DNA of 54,687 nucleotides, from the IMG/VR virus record IMGVR_UViG_3300033067_001389, positions 1 to 54,687 of that record. One strand, given 5' to 3'. Positions 36,701 to 45,860 of the stretch are shown here, in pieces. Under the pieces are notes generated by a model. The model saw nothing but the letters and a program-made list of their open reading frames with translations. It was not told the origin of the DNA and did not search any database. The position numbers and the translations under genes were made by a program. The stretch's first letter is position 1; each line of letters opens with the position of its first letter. This stretch comes from a virus. Lineage: Duplodnaviria; Caudoviricetes.

Positions 36701-37759
36701 CTAATCCCAATCGTCGGCGGGCGGTTGGGATGCCTTCGTGGCAGCCGGAGCCGGTGCCGGGTCGTCCCAATCGTCGGCGGGCGGTTGCGCCGCCGCAGCC
36801 GGGGCTTGTCCCCGCGCAGGAGCAGCCGGTGCCGGGTCGTCCCAATCGTCGGCGGGCGGTTGGGATGCCTTCGTGGCAGCCGGAGCCGGTTCGGTTGCCG
36901 GGGGCGTCTCCGCCTTCGGTTTCCGTGTCCGGGGCTTCGTTGCGGGTTCCGCCGGGGGAGCCTTCGCCCCCGAGGGCTCATCCCATTCGTCGGTCGTGGG
37001 CGCTGGGGACGAATCCGCATCGGTCCACCCCGAATCGTCACCCGCCGAACCGGCCGCGCCCATGAACTTGTTTTTCAACGTGGCGTAGTCGTGGACGATC
37101 AACAGGTCTTCCAGCGGGCGCAGCGCCGCCACCTGATCCTTGCTTACCTTGGGCGTTGCGTCCGTCTTGCGGAAACCGACGTGGGAGGCTTCGTAGTACT
37201 TCTGTTGTTGCATCTGTTCTTCCGTGAACGAGATGCGCACGAGCGCGGCGTGCTTGGGCGACGGGTGCCAAAACAAGTCAAACCCGTCCGCCTCATCCGT
37301 GTTGTCGAGCGCCGCATCCAGTTGTTTCCCGAGCAAATGGAACGACGTATCGAGAAGTTGGATACCCGCGGCGACGTTGTCGACGTCGATCACGTAAAAC
37401 AGTTGCCGCTCTTTCGGCAACAACAGTTTCGCATCGTCCCGCGACATGCGAGACATCGCCTCACAAATCGGGCAGGGCCTGCCGAACGTCTTGTTCGGAC
37501 AGACCACCTGTTCGCCGTTCGGGCCGATGTTCCTGTGGAGGTAGTAGGTTTCCTCCGGCCACAGCATTTTCTCGGGACCCGCGGGCCGCATCTTGTTCCG
37601 CGTCGTCGCGAAAAACCCGACGAAACGGAACGTCCGTTTCCCGGCCGATTCAATCTTGATGCGCGTCATGCCTTGCGGCAGCTTGATCACGGGCGAGGAC
37701 GTCACCTCCTCCCGGCGTTGACTCTTGCGACGGTAGGAAACCGCCTCATCACTGGACAT
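36701..37759 (-). CDS. single-stranded DNA-binding protein (T4 gp32-like) with repeated acidic tail
   Basis: H..IGP...VVCP.KTFG.PCPICE metal-binding motif; acidic C-terminus ending ADDWD. Confidence 0.75.
   Translation of the reverse strand: MSSDEAVSYRRKSQRREEVTSSPVIKLPQGMTRIKIESAGKRTFRFVGFFATTRNKMRPAGPEKMLWPEETYYLHRNIGPNGEQVVCPNKTFGRPCPICEAMSRMSRDDAKLLLPKERQLFYVIDVDNVAAGIQLLDTSFHLLGKQLDAALDNTDEADGFDLFWHPSPKHAALVRISFTEEQMQQQKYYEASHVGFRKTDATPKVSKDQVAALRPLEDLLIVHDYATLKNKFMGAAGSAGDDSGWTDADSSPAPTTDEWDEPSGAKAPPAEPATKPRTRKPKAETPPATEPAPAATKASQPPADDWDDPAPAAPARGQAPAAAAQPPADDWDDPAPAPAATKASQPPADDWD
36704..36890 (-). repeat. three copies of a QPPADDWD(D)-encoding unit
   Basis: TCCCAATCGTCGGCGGGCGGTTG three times; first and third copies identical over about 50 bp. 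Confidence 0.85.
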
Positions 37760-37901
37760 CGTTTTTTCCCTTTGCCAAAAAAGTTCCGCGGTGCCACCCC
37801 ATCGCCGCATGTTTCGATACCACAAACGAAACAATCGCCAGCGCTGCGAGCACGCCCGCACTCCACACCAACCAACCGCACACTTCAAAAAATGTGGTCA
37901 T
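37749..37901 (-). CDS. 50-aa single-TM membrane protein (not in the ORF track)
   Basis: MTTFFEVCGWLVWSAGVLAALAIVSFVVSKHAAMGWHRGTFLAKGKNDVQ; starts 3 nt after the upstream stop and overlaps the SSB start. Confidence 0.55.
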   Translation of the reverse strand: MTTFFEVCGWLVWSAGVLAALAIVSFVVSKHAAMGWHRGTFLAKGKNDVQ

Positions 37902-37904
37902 GTG

Positions 37905-38411
37905 CTATTCCTCCGCCGCGGGCAGGACGCCACGACCCCTCACCCGTTGTTTATTGATATCGGCGATTTGCTCGCGTCTTTCATCGGGGATTTTTACGTT
38001 GCCCAATTGCCCGGAAAAAAACATCGCGCAAAGTTGTTCCAACGAACGGCGACGGTCCACCATCGCCGTTTGCGCCGCCTCCAGCACACCAACCGCGTAT
38101 TCCGCATCGGCGAACGCCTTCCGCGCCTCAATCCACTCGGGCATCGTCAACATCACGGCTTCCACCGAATCGACGGTAACCCGCCCGATTTCGTATTCTG
38201 CGGGAGATGCCGTGATAGCGCGCTTCAATCTCGCTTCTGTGATTTTTTGCTTAGCGTCCATCTGCCGGAGTTTTCGGCGCGCCGTCGCCAGTTCCGCGCC
38301 GACGGTGTAAGCCATCGACGGTTGTCGCAACACCTCCACATCAAGCCGGTTGATGTCGATGCGGGGGTCAAAATCTTCGGTAAAATCCAGATTGACGACA
38401 GCCACAATCAC
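37905..38411 (-). CDS. UvsY-like recombination mediator
   Basis: ID...LD.E..RQP N-terminus, all-helical, near SSB and RecA genes; start uncertain. Confidence 0.55.
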   Translation of the reverse strand: MIVAVVNLDFTEDFDPRIDINRLDVEVLRQPSMAYTVGAELATARRKLRQMDAKQKITEARLKRAITASPAEYEIGRVTVDSVEAVMLTMPEWIEARKAFADAEYAVGVLEAAQTAMVDRRRSLEQLCAMFFSGQLGNVKIPDERREQIADINKQRVRGRGVLPAAEE

Positions 38412-39340
38412 CCTTTCCCGTGGGCGGCGTTGAACGCGAACAGCGTCACCAGAGGCCATCCGCCGTCATACGTGGGGCGAGCAAATGCGGACAGGACCCC
38501 CGCGACCCGCGCGTTGTCGGCCCCGTTCAGCAGAATCGCAGAGGCGTACCCAATCACCACGCGCCGCACCGCCTCCGGGTCGTGTCCCGCCGCTTTGCTC
38601 GCCTTGAGTGTTTTCGCAATTGTCGCCCACCCCGCGCCTGACGTGAGTTGTTTTGCGACGTTGATAATCTCCTCCGGTTCGGACGATTGGTTGATGCCCG
38701 CGATTTGTTCCTTGTCGGTGGCGTGCCGCCGAATCGTGTCCCAAATCACCACGGCTTGCCGGTAGGACCCGTTGGCGGCGTCGCTGATGGCGTCCAGAAC
38801 CGTCGGGGACGGTTTCGGGATTCCCGCGGCGTCGCAGACTTTTGCCAGCGCCCCCGCGATTCCCGCTTCCGTCGCGGGCTTCGTTTCCACCGTAGCACAA
38901 CGGGTCCGAATCGTGGGGAGCAACTTTGCGGGGTCCGTCGTACAGAGGATGAAGTACGCGGTCCGGGGTGTGTCCTCCAGAATCTTCAGCGCTGCCGACT
39001 GCGCGTCTTTTGTCAGTTGGTGCGCTTCGTCGATCACGAACACGCGACACCTCCCGGTGATGGGGGCGAGCGTCATCTGTGTGGCGACTTCGCGAATGTC
39101 GTCGATTCCGCGCGCGTTTGCGGCGTTGATTTCCCGATAGTCGCGGTCCCCGCATCCCAATTGTGTTTTCAGAATCCGCGCGATTGTGGTCTTGCCCGTT
39201 CCCGAGGGACCACACAACAAGATGGTGTGTGGGACGGATTTCGCATCCACCCATTTCCGCAGCGTCCCCACGGCCGCCGGTTGTCCGCACACATCTTCCC
39301 ACACCGCGGGGCGGTAGCGTTTGTAAAGTTCGCCGCTCAT
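38408..39340 (-). CDS. dnaX: clamp loader, DNA Pol III gamma/tau-like
   Basis: LYKRYRP...GQ, GPSGTGKTT, IDEAHQLT.DAQ and TIRTRC motifs. Confidence 0.9.
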   Translation of the reverse strand: MSGELYKRYRPAVWEDVCGQPAAVGTLRKWVDAKSVPHTILLCGPSGTGKTTIARILKTQLGCGDRDYREINAANARGIDDIREVATQMTLAPITGRCRVFVIDEAHQLTKDAQSAALKILEDTPRTAYFILCTTDPAKLLPTIRTRCATVETKPATEAGIAGALAKVCDAAGIPKPSPTVLDAISDAANGSYRQAVVIWDTIRRHATDKEQIAGINQSSEPEEIINVAKQLTSGAGWATIAKTLKASKAAGHDPEAVRRVVIGYASAILLNGADNARVAGVLSAFARPTYDGGWPLVTLFAFNAAHGKG

Positions 39341-40755
39341 ACTGCCATCCCTGTTTTCAAAGGCGCTTTTTGATGCCAGTTCCCATCGACAGGGGTGGCG
39401 TCAATTTCAATGTTTATGTTTGTGATAATCCAATCCCACGCTTCCGGGAGACGACACGACAGGACGTCTTTCACAATTCCCGCGTATACCTCTGTTTCAT
39501 TATCGGGGACATCGCCGAGTAGGCTGTCGTGAATCTGCCCGATAAGCAGCGTTTTCATTTTGCGTTGTCGAATCTCTTTGGCGATTTCGATAATCGCCCA
39601 CAGCAAACAATGGAACGATGACCCCTGAACCGGTGCGTTGATTACGAAATTGCGGTCGAACACCCCTGACAGGTAGAAACCCGTCAGCGTCATAAACCCG
39701 CCTTGTTTGACATAGGCGCGCCACCAGTCGTCGCGCCATTGGTCGTAAACGGGAAACCGCTCGCCCCAGAACCGATTTTCCACTTCCCGGATGTGGTGCT
39801 CGAATGTCCCCGGTTGGACGTTTTTCGAGTCACGGTCCCCGAGACGTGTGATGCCTAAACGCGCGAGGTGTTTCGCGATATCTCTCCCTTTGTGGTCCAC
39901 CAACCCTTCGATAGCGATGGCGTCCCACATCGCCTTAGCGCAAGACATCCACCAGTCGCCGTAGAATTGGGCAAATACAAATTTGCCTTTCGCTACCCCG
40001 CGCATCTTTTTGAGATGCTTTTTGGCCTCCGGTGTGTCATACATTTTCGGATCGATTTTGAAACACTCCGCCGCCATGTCACGATGCATATCGTGGCCGG
40101 TTCGCAGGTATTCCAACATCGTGGGGTCTTTGTGGTAGCACGCTGCTACGCACACCTCCGCGCCCGATAGGTCAGATTCAATCAAGCGACGACCGGGCCG
40201 CGCGATAAACGCGGGACGAATAATCGCCGCTTGCATCGGGTCCCGAATGGGGATGTTTTGGAAGTTGATACTATCCGATGATGACCGATGGGTTCGCGTG
40301 ACGTGCAGATTGAAAAACGGGTGTAGATACTCGCCCTCCACCTCCGCCAGCAGCCCCATTAAAAACGTCGACCGCAACTTCGTCAGTTTTTGGATTTCGG
40401 AAAATCCGGTCACGAACGGGTGGTCGATGTGCTGCAACGCGCTTTCGTCCGTTGCCGCCTTGCCCGTCGCCGTCATTTTTTCGGGCTCATACCCCAGATG
40501 AGTATAAAGCAACCATCCGAGTTGGTCGCGGGACCCCATGTTGGCCATCGGCCCATATTTCCGCCGCCACGCCCCCCACTCGGGGGTCTCTTGTAATTCC
40601 GTTTCCTTCGCCTTAATGGATGCGCCCACGTCCGCAATCGACCGCCGAACGTGTTCCGTGTCGATGCGGATTCCCGCATGTTCCATGCGGGCAAACTCCA
40701 TCGACCCATCAAGCATGAGTCGATGCGCTTGGTATGTGGACGCCTGCGCAACCAT
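39337..40755 (-). CDS. polA: family A DNA polymerase, polymerase domain only
   Basis: RSSS..INFQNIP, motif A DLSGAE, motif B R..AK..VF..FYG, NAPVQG and motif C QIHDS. Confidence 0.9.
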   Translation of the reverse strand: MVAQASTYQAHRLMLDGSMEFARMEHAGIRIDTEHVRRSIADVGASIKAKETELQETPEWGAWRRKYGPMANMGSRDQLGWLLYTHLGYEPEKMTATGKAATDESALQHIDHPFVTGFSEIQKLTKLRSTFLMGLLAEVEGEYLHPFFNLHVTRTHRSSSDSINFQNIPIRDPMQAAIIRPAFIARPGRRLIESDLSGAEVCVAACYHKDPTMLEYLRTGHDMHRDMAAECFKIDPKMYDTPEAKKHLKKMRGVAKGKFVFAQFYGDWWMSCAKAMWDAIAIEGLVDHKGRDIAKHLARLGITRLGDRDSKNVQPGTFEHHIREVENRFWGERFPVYDQWRDDWWRAYVKQGGFMTLTGFYLSGVFDRNFVINAPVQGSSFHCLLWAIIEIAKEIRQRKMKTLLIGQIHDSLLGDVPDNETEVYAGIVKDVLSCRLPEAWDWIITNINIEIDATPVDGNWHQKAPLKTGMAV

Positions 40756-41345
40756 TAGACAGCGCCGATTTGCTTTTCGTAGGACAGGGCAGCGGATTCC
40801 GACATGTCTTCGTCCGCCACTCCGGGAAACGCGAACAATTCGATGTTCTCGCGATGCGCTCGCATGTGGTCGGGGGGCGTCCACCCGACCGGTTTCTGAT
40901 ACTTGCCGGTCAACGGGTTGGTGACGGCGACGCCTCCGGGGAACTTCGCTTCGTTCGCGCGGACGACTTCCGCCATGTGCGCCCGAATCGGCACGCCCGC
41001 GGCGACCGCGGTCCCCTCCGCCACGTAGATGGTGTCGCAAATCCCGTCGATGACCCCTTCGTGGTCGTATTCGTCGCGCGTCAAGAAATGAACGTGCCCA
41101 ATCGCCAGTGTCCCGCCATCCTGTGTCACCACCACCCCGAGCGCGTTGATAGTCTCCAACGCCTCTTCCAGAATCAGACGGGCGCGGAGTTCACGGGTCG
41201 CCGGGTCCATGATGCCCGCGTAAAACTTGCCCGGCGTGTTGCGGGGGTCGACCTTGCCCGTGATTTTCATGGTGCGGATGTTCGATATCCCCACATCACC
41301 ACAAGCGAACCGCAACGGGGTGGGTTCAAAGTTCTTCGACATCAC
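40755..41345 (-). CDS. MazG-like nucleotide pyrophosphohydrolase (PRA-PH/DR2231-like, possible dUTPase)
   Basis: LILEEALE...DGICDTIYV...EV.RAN..K...GK..KP.GW.PPD. Confidence 0.8.
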   Translation of the reverse strand: MMSKNFEPTPLRFACGDVGISNIRTMKITGKVDPRNTPGKFYAGIMDPATRELRARLILEEALETINALGVVVTQDGGTLAIGHVHFLTRDEYDHEGVIDGICDTIYVAEGTAVAAGVPIRAHMAEVVRANEAKFPGGVAVTNPLTGKYQKPVGWTPPDHMRAHRENIELFAFPGVADEDMSESAALSYEKQIGAV

Positions 41346-42564
41346 ACACCTCCCAAATAGATTTCCCTAGCATCTCGCGGGTTTGAACGTCCGCAAGCCA
41401 AAACTCAATCGTGGCGTCCAGACCTACATATCGGAGAATTTTGTCGGCGGGCGCATTTGTTATGTTATTGACTGCCCGCGTTTCTGAAATTGCGTCGTTT
41501 CTCGACCGCCGCGAAAACCAGTTTGACGTTCCAGCGTCCCACGGAGCAATACCCATGCGCAAATATGCTTGGGTACACAACCCGGTGAGCATGGGCCGCT
41601 GATCGCCGATGTGGGCCGCCAGCATCGTATCCCACGCCCAATTACTCGCCCAAAACCCGGAGTGTTTGCGGGTCCACCGCGTTTCGAATTTCGCATTTGC
41701 GGCAATCTTCGGAATGTCTGTCCGCAGGAGCGCCTTTGTCGCCTCCACCGCATCGCCGATGTACGGATACGCGATAGTTCGTTTGCCGTCCACACACACC
41801 GCGCAATAGTGAATATGGGTTTCGGGGCTATCCGGTTTGACCGCGTTGGTTTCGTAGTCGAACGCAAACGGCCGCCCCGCCGCCACCGCCTTCGCCAACC
41901 AGCGCGCCGCCGCTGTGTGGTCGTATTCCACGCGAATCAATCCCGGCAGGTGGGACCAGTCCGGGAGCGGTTGCCGAACATGTGCCAGCGCAGCCAACAG
42001 GTCCCGCTCGAAAAGTGTTCGCGTCTGTGGTTGCTTCTCCGCCGCCCGCGCGCTGGAAGCGAATACGGCGTCGTCTATTGGAAACACCCAACAACCCAAC
42101 GTCTGGTCCGGAATCTTGTGCCCGGTCCATGATGACGGAATCAGGTTCTCGCCTTCAAATCCCCAGCGCGTAACCGCCGCGGTAGCGGGATACCCGAGAC
42201 AGATGATGGCGCGGGGTTTCAGACGTTGGATTGTGTTTTTCAATATCGGGGAACAGTATCCCACGCGGTCGGTGTTCGCTTCGCCCGCGCAGGCAATCGC
42301 CGACGTTGTCCAACAGTCCCGGTCCAGAGACCACCCCGCCCGGTTGAGAATCGAGCGAACGTAAACCGCAACATCGCCCGCAAGGGGGACCCCCGACTCG
42401 TCCGCGGTGGCCGTGATGGCGGACATCACCACCAACACACCCCGCCGCCCTTCGCCCGCAACGCCCATCTTTGGCGTTTTGCATTTCGCCAACAGACCGC
42501 ACGCCCCGCATTCCGGAATTGTCCTGTCCCGTTTTTTAACGGTCCCGGAATCAAGCAGACCCAT
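41326..42564 (-). CDS. family-4 uracil-DNA glycosylase-like domain fused to the PolA 3'-5' exonuclease domain
   Basis: CGACGL...C, I..LKPRAIICLG..A; ExoI FDYET, ExoII NAKFE, WDTMLAAH, ExoIII Y...D. Confidence 0.8.
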   Translation of the reverse strand: MGLLDSGTVKKRDRTIPECGACGLLAKCKTPKMGVAGEGRRGVLVVMSAITATADESGVPLAGDVAVYVRSILNRAGWSLDRDCWTTSAIACAGEANTDRVGYCSPILKNTIQRLKPRAIICLGYPATAAVTRWGFEGENLIPSSWTGHKIPDQTLGCWVFPIDDAVFASSARAAEKQPQTRTLFERDLLAALAHVRQPLPDWSHLPGLIRVEYDHTAAARWLAKAVAAGRPFAFDYETNAVKPDSPETHIHYCAVCVDGKRTIAYPYIGDAVEATKALLRTDIPKIAANAKFETRWTRKHSGFWASNWAWDTMLAAHIGDQRPMLTGLCTQAYLRMGIAPWDAGTSNWFSRRSRNDAISETRAVNNITNAPADKILRYVGLDATIEFWLADVQTREMLGKSIWEVCDVEEL

Positions 42565-43570
42565 TGGGACGTTCCGCAAGGATGCAAATATAGGCGAAAC
42601 CGTCGCCGTTCAGCCGCAACACGGTGGATGTCACGATACCCGATTGGGACACACCGCAAGCAGCTTCCATGATGTCCGGGTCCATATAGAACGACACGGG
42701 CTCATCGGTATATTTGCAATCAACCACATCCGAAAACGAACCGAGGGGGGACGTTGCCGATACCCGACACTTGTTGTCTTTCAAATCGACCCTGATGTTC
42801 ACATCGTCGGGGTTCGATTGCGCCACCGCCTTCGCCAACCCAATAGCGGCAGACACGCCCGACAGCGTGCACGCCCGCCCCGCCTCCTCAAAAGGCTTGT
42901 CAAGTGATGGGTACTCTTCGTTCTGTTTCACGCACGAGATGACCACCCCGTTCGAATTGCGAAAATGCAACCACGACCGGGTCTCCGCCATCGACATCAT
43001 CCCAAGACCGATAATCGCCCGCAGCGCCGAACGCGGAACCAAACAGGATTCTTTTCGCAGGGGGATGGGCATCGCCCACCGCGCGGCTTGCGTGTTATCA
43101 CAAGCCTCCATATAGGTCTTTGTCAAATGGATGCACGTCGCCGCGTAGTCATCCGATTTGGACGCAGCGCATTTCGACACGGTTTGGACGGCATCCGAGA
43201 ACCGGGGCGGGACCGGTTGCCAATCGGTTTCCGCCGGGGTTTCGACATCTGCGGTTTGGAGAACGATTTCCGCTTCCATCACCACCGACAGTTTTTTGCG
43301 GCCCGCCGTCACAAGGATGGAACCGGGTCCCGTGGTGACGTTGATGTCGGCGTCGGGCATCTTGTCCAGACCGTCAATCAGCAGTTTACCAACAACCGCC
43401 CCGCGAACGTCCGGGACAACATTTTTCGTCCGCGCGAACACCTCTCCATTGAAGGCGTACATCAGGGGTCCGTCGAACACCACGCACGATGATTGAGCGA
43501 TAGTCTCACGGGGGGCCAGTCCCGGCGCGATTTCTTGCAATCTCGTCAAAAGCGCTTGGCGCTGAATCAT
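42551..43570 (-). CDS. dnaN: sliding clamp, DNA Pol III beta-like
   Basis: 339 aa; EACDN and EEYP motifs, alternating alpha/beta pattern; near clamp loader and polymerase. Confidence 0.65.
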   Translation of the reverse strand: MIQRQALLTRLQEIAPGLAPRETIAQSSCVVFDGPLMYAFNGEVFARTKNVVPDVRGAVVGKLLIDGLDKMPDADINVTTGPGSILVTAGRKKLSVVMEAEIVLQTADVETPAETDWQPVPPRFSDAVQTVSKCAASKSDDYAATCIHLTKTYMEACDNTQAARWAMPIPLRKESCLVPRSALRAIIGLGMMSMAETRSWLHFRNSNGVVISCVKQNEEYPSLDKPFEEAGRACTLSGVSAAIGLAKAVAQSNPDDVNIRVDLKDNKCRVSATSPLGSFSDVVDCKYTDEPVSFYMDPDIMEAACGVSQSGIVTSTVLRLNGDGFAYICILAERPNGSA

Positions 43571-43627
43571 GTCACACCGATTACCAGAAAAGAAATCACC
43601 ACACCCGCAGGACGCTACGCGGCCGGT

Positions 43628-44417
43628 TTACGAAGTCAGCCCGCCACGGTATCCGCGAACGGCGTGCGCGGCGTATCTGTAGGCGAACCGGGTTTCGCCG
43701 ATGTTCGACTTGCCGCCCGCGGCGACATACAGCGCATCGATAGCGGCAACGGCGTCCGCCTCCAGTTGGACTATCCCGTGTTTGGCGATGTACTCACCGC
43801 AGAAGTAGGCGCGCGCCTTCGTCGTTTCGCGGATGCCCGCGCGGGCGGGATATTGGATAACGTTCCCGTTTTCGTCGCGAGACGGTTTTTTCTTCCGCCC
43901 CGTCGCGGGTTGCGGGTTGTTCGGGTCGATTACCTTGCGGGGACGTCCCCGCTTGCGCGGCAGTCCGTCTGGACCGAGCACCACGGGTTTCCGTGACTTT
44001 CGCGGCGTTGCCGGGGCGGTTTCGGCCGCGGGGGCGGGGGCGGTTTCAGCCGCCGGAGCCGGTTCGGTTGCCGCCGGAGAGGCCGGGACTTCCGGGGAAG
44101 CCGGAACGGTCGCGGGTTTTGTCGCCCGCGGCTTCGTGGTCTTTTTCTCGGGTTCGACGGGTGCCGGAGTTTCGGGAGCATCCACAACCACCAGTTTTCC
44201 GCCGCCGTCCAGAAACGCCAAAACGTTTTCAATGCGTTTCGCGATTTCGGGCGGTTTGATTTCTTGCGCGGGATCGATCAAATCCCGCAGCATCGGGAGT
44301 TTTTCCCCCAATTTCTCGGTCGTCCAGTTGGAAGCCATCGGAAACCCGATAGCGGCGAAAATCTCCGCGGCTTTTTGCCGCGACATGTTGCGTTGTTCTG
44401 ACACGATGACCCCCATA
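43628..44417 (-). CDS. hypothetical DNA-binding protein with Pro/Ala linker and AT-hook
   Basis: PRKRGRPRK motif after PATEPAPAAET repeats; start uncertain (ORF open from 44467). Confidence 0.55.
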
Positions 44418-44471
44418 CCCGCGAAACTGTTCGTTTCCAATATCGGCGAAACGCGCGGACGTCTCACAGAT

Positions 44472-45860
44472 TTACCAACAGGATTTTATCGCAGGTTGAG
44501 CAATTGCAAGGCATCCCGCAACGTGAACACACCGAAATGCTTGATATTCCTGTTCGCGCAGCACAATCCAGTTAAGGCGTTGGATTCCGAATTGTTTTTC
44601 GTCTTCCGTTTGATTGATGCCAGCAATGGCGGTCGCATGTGCCAATTTTCGTTTGTCTTCCGAGAAATTCGACCGGGCCAATGTCGATGTGGTGTAGCTT
44701 TGCGCGTCCGCCTGTGTCGCGGTGACGACCAAACAGTGTTCCGATTGAGACAGGGACCGCAGTTCTTTCCATGTGGTGTTAATCGAGTCGCGCCCCTCCC
44801 CCGCCCCCGGTTCCGGCGCGAGAATGTCGGCGTAGTCGATCACGATCACGTCAGGCCGCCACCCCGAGCGTCCCCACGTTTCGACAATCCCCCGGATTCC
44901 AGATACGTTTAATGAATTGTTGGGATACGTCACCAGTCGAAACGGTGCGGTGACTCCCCCGAGACGGTCAGTCAGCATCGTTTGACACTTCGCCCATGCC
45001 GCCGCGGCGTCGATGGTTTCCCCGTATTCCCGTTCGTCTGATGTGACCGTCGCCATCGCGTCGGTTTGCGTCCGTTGAATGTCGGTGGGCATCTGAATCT
45101 TTTTCGGTGTCAGGGGCCGCCCCATCAACCGGGTTGCAAACCGTCGCATAAACTGGCGTTGGGATAAGTCGCCCGCCTGAAAAAACGCGACCCGCAATCG
45201 CTGTTTCAACGCCCGCCACGCAAGGTCCAACATCCAGAACGTTTTGCCACGTTTTTCGGGAGCCAGAAACGCAAAAAGCGCGTCCCGTTCCAACGCGTTC
45301 CCGAAAAATTCCCCAAGCGCTCCGGGATACGTCACCAGCGGTTCGGCGGATTCCGAAAACGCGTCGTCAATGACTGACTTATCCCCGAGGGGATCGACCC
45401 CATCCGTTCCCGCCAGTTGAATCGGCGACGCGTCGGCCAACGCCTTTTCCGCGCCCGCCAAATCGTCGGTGTCGATGCATCCCCGGATAACTTCGTTCAG
45501 GCGTTCCAGACGAATACGGTTGACGTGCGCCGTTGCCACGTCCAGAACGTGGTCCGTGACTTGTGGCGGGGCATCCCGGACGCCTTCGATAAACGCTTCC
45601 AACAGCGCCGCGGCGTCCGCGTTCCGTTTCGATTGCCGTTCGCACCACCGCGCGAAATATCCCGACCACGCATCGCCCAGAGGCTCGCCGTATTTCAGGA
45701 AATGGGAAGCGCACCACCCGCCCGCGATGTTCGCGTTTTTGGAGCCGAACAACCCGCCGGTCTTCCATTTCGACGCGAACCGCGCCGCGACCACGGCGTC
45801 CCGTGACATCGCCGCGACGATCAGGGTTTCGACGTGCGCCCCATAGTTGGTTACCTGCAT
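44472..45860 (-). CDS. dnaB: DnaB-like replicative helicase
   Basis: APEKRGKT, PDVIVIDYADIL, TATQ and SEDKRK motifs. Confidence 0.85.
   Translation of the reverse strand: MQVTNYGAHVETLIVAAMSRDAVVAARFASKWKTGGLFGSKNANIAGGWCASHFLKYGEPLGDAWSGYFARWCERQSKRNADAAALLEAFIEGVRDAPPQVTDHVLDVATAHVNRIRLERLNEVIRGCIDTDDLAGAEKALADASPIQLAGTDGVDPLGDKSVIDDAFSESAEPLVTYPGALGEFFGNALERDALFAFLAPEKRGKTFWMLDLAWRALKQRLRVAFFQAGDLSQRQFMRRFATRLMGRPLTPKKIQMPTDIQRTQTDAMATVTSDEREYGETIDAAAAWAKCQTMLTDRLGGVTAPFRLVTYPNNSLNVSGIRGIVETWGRSGWRPDVIVIDYADILAPEPGAGEGRDSINTTWKELRSLSQSEHCLVVTATQADAQSYTTSTLARSNFSEDKRKLAHATAIAGINQTEDEKQFGIQRLNWIVLREQEYQAFRCVHVAGCLAIAQPAIKSCW

Noticed and set aside
36083-37957. Long antisense ORFs (624 aa here; also 10231-11427, 11237-12313, 43833-44912 and others)
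   Set aside because: They mirror well-supported genes on the opposite strand, as expected from GC-rich codon bias, and show no recognisable motifs.
40755-41345. Intron or intein interrupting the DNA polymerase
   Set aside because: The insert is a MazG-like ORF with overlapping start and stop codons, leaving no room for intron structure, and it has no homing endonuclease or intein motifs.
43387-43396. TACCAACAAC inside the clamp gene
   Set aside because: Single copy in coding sequence with no promoter context; may be chance.
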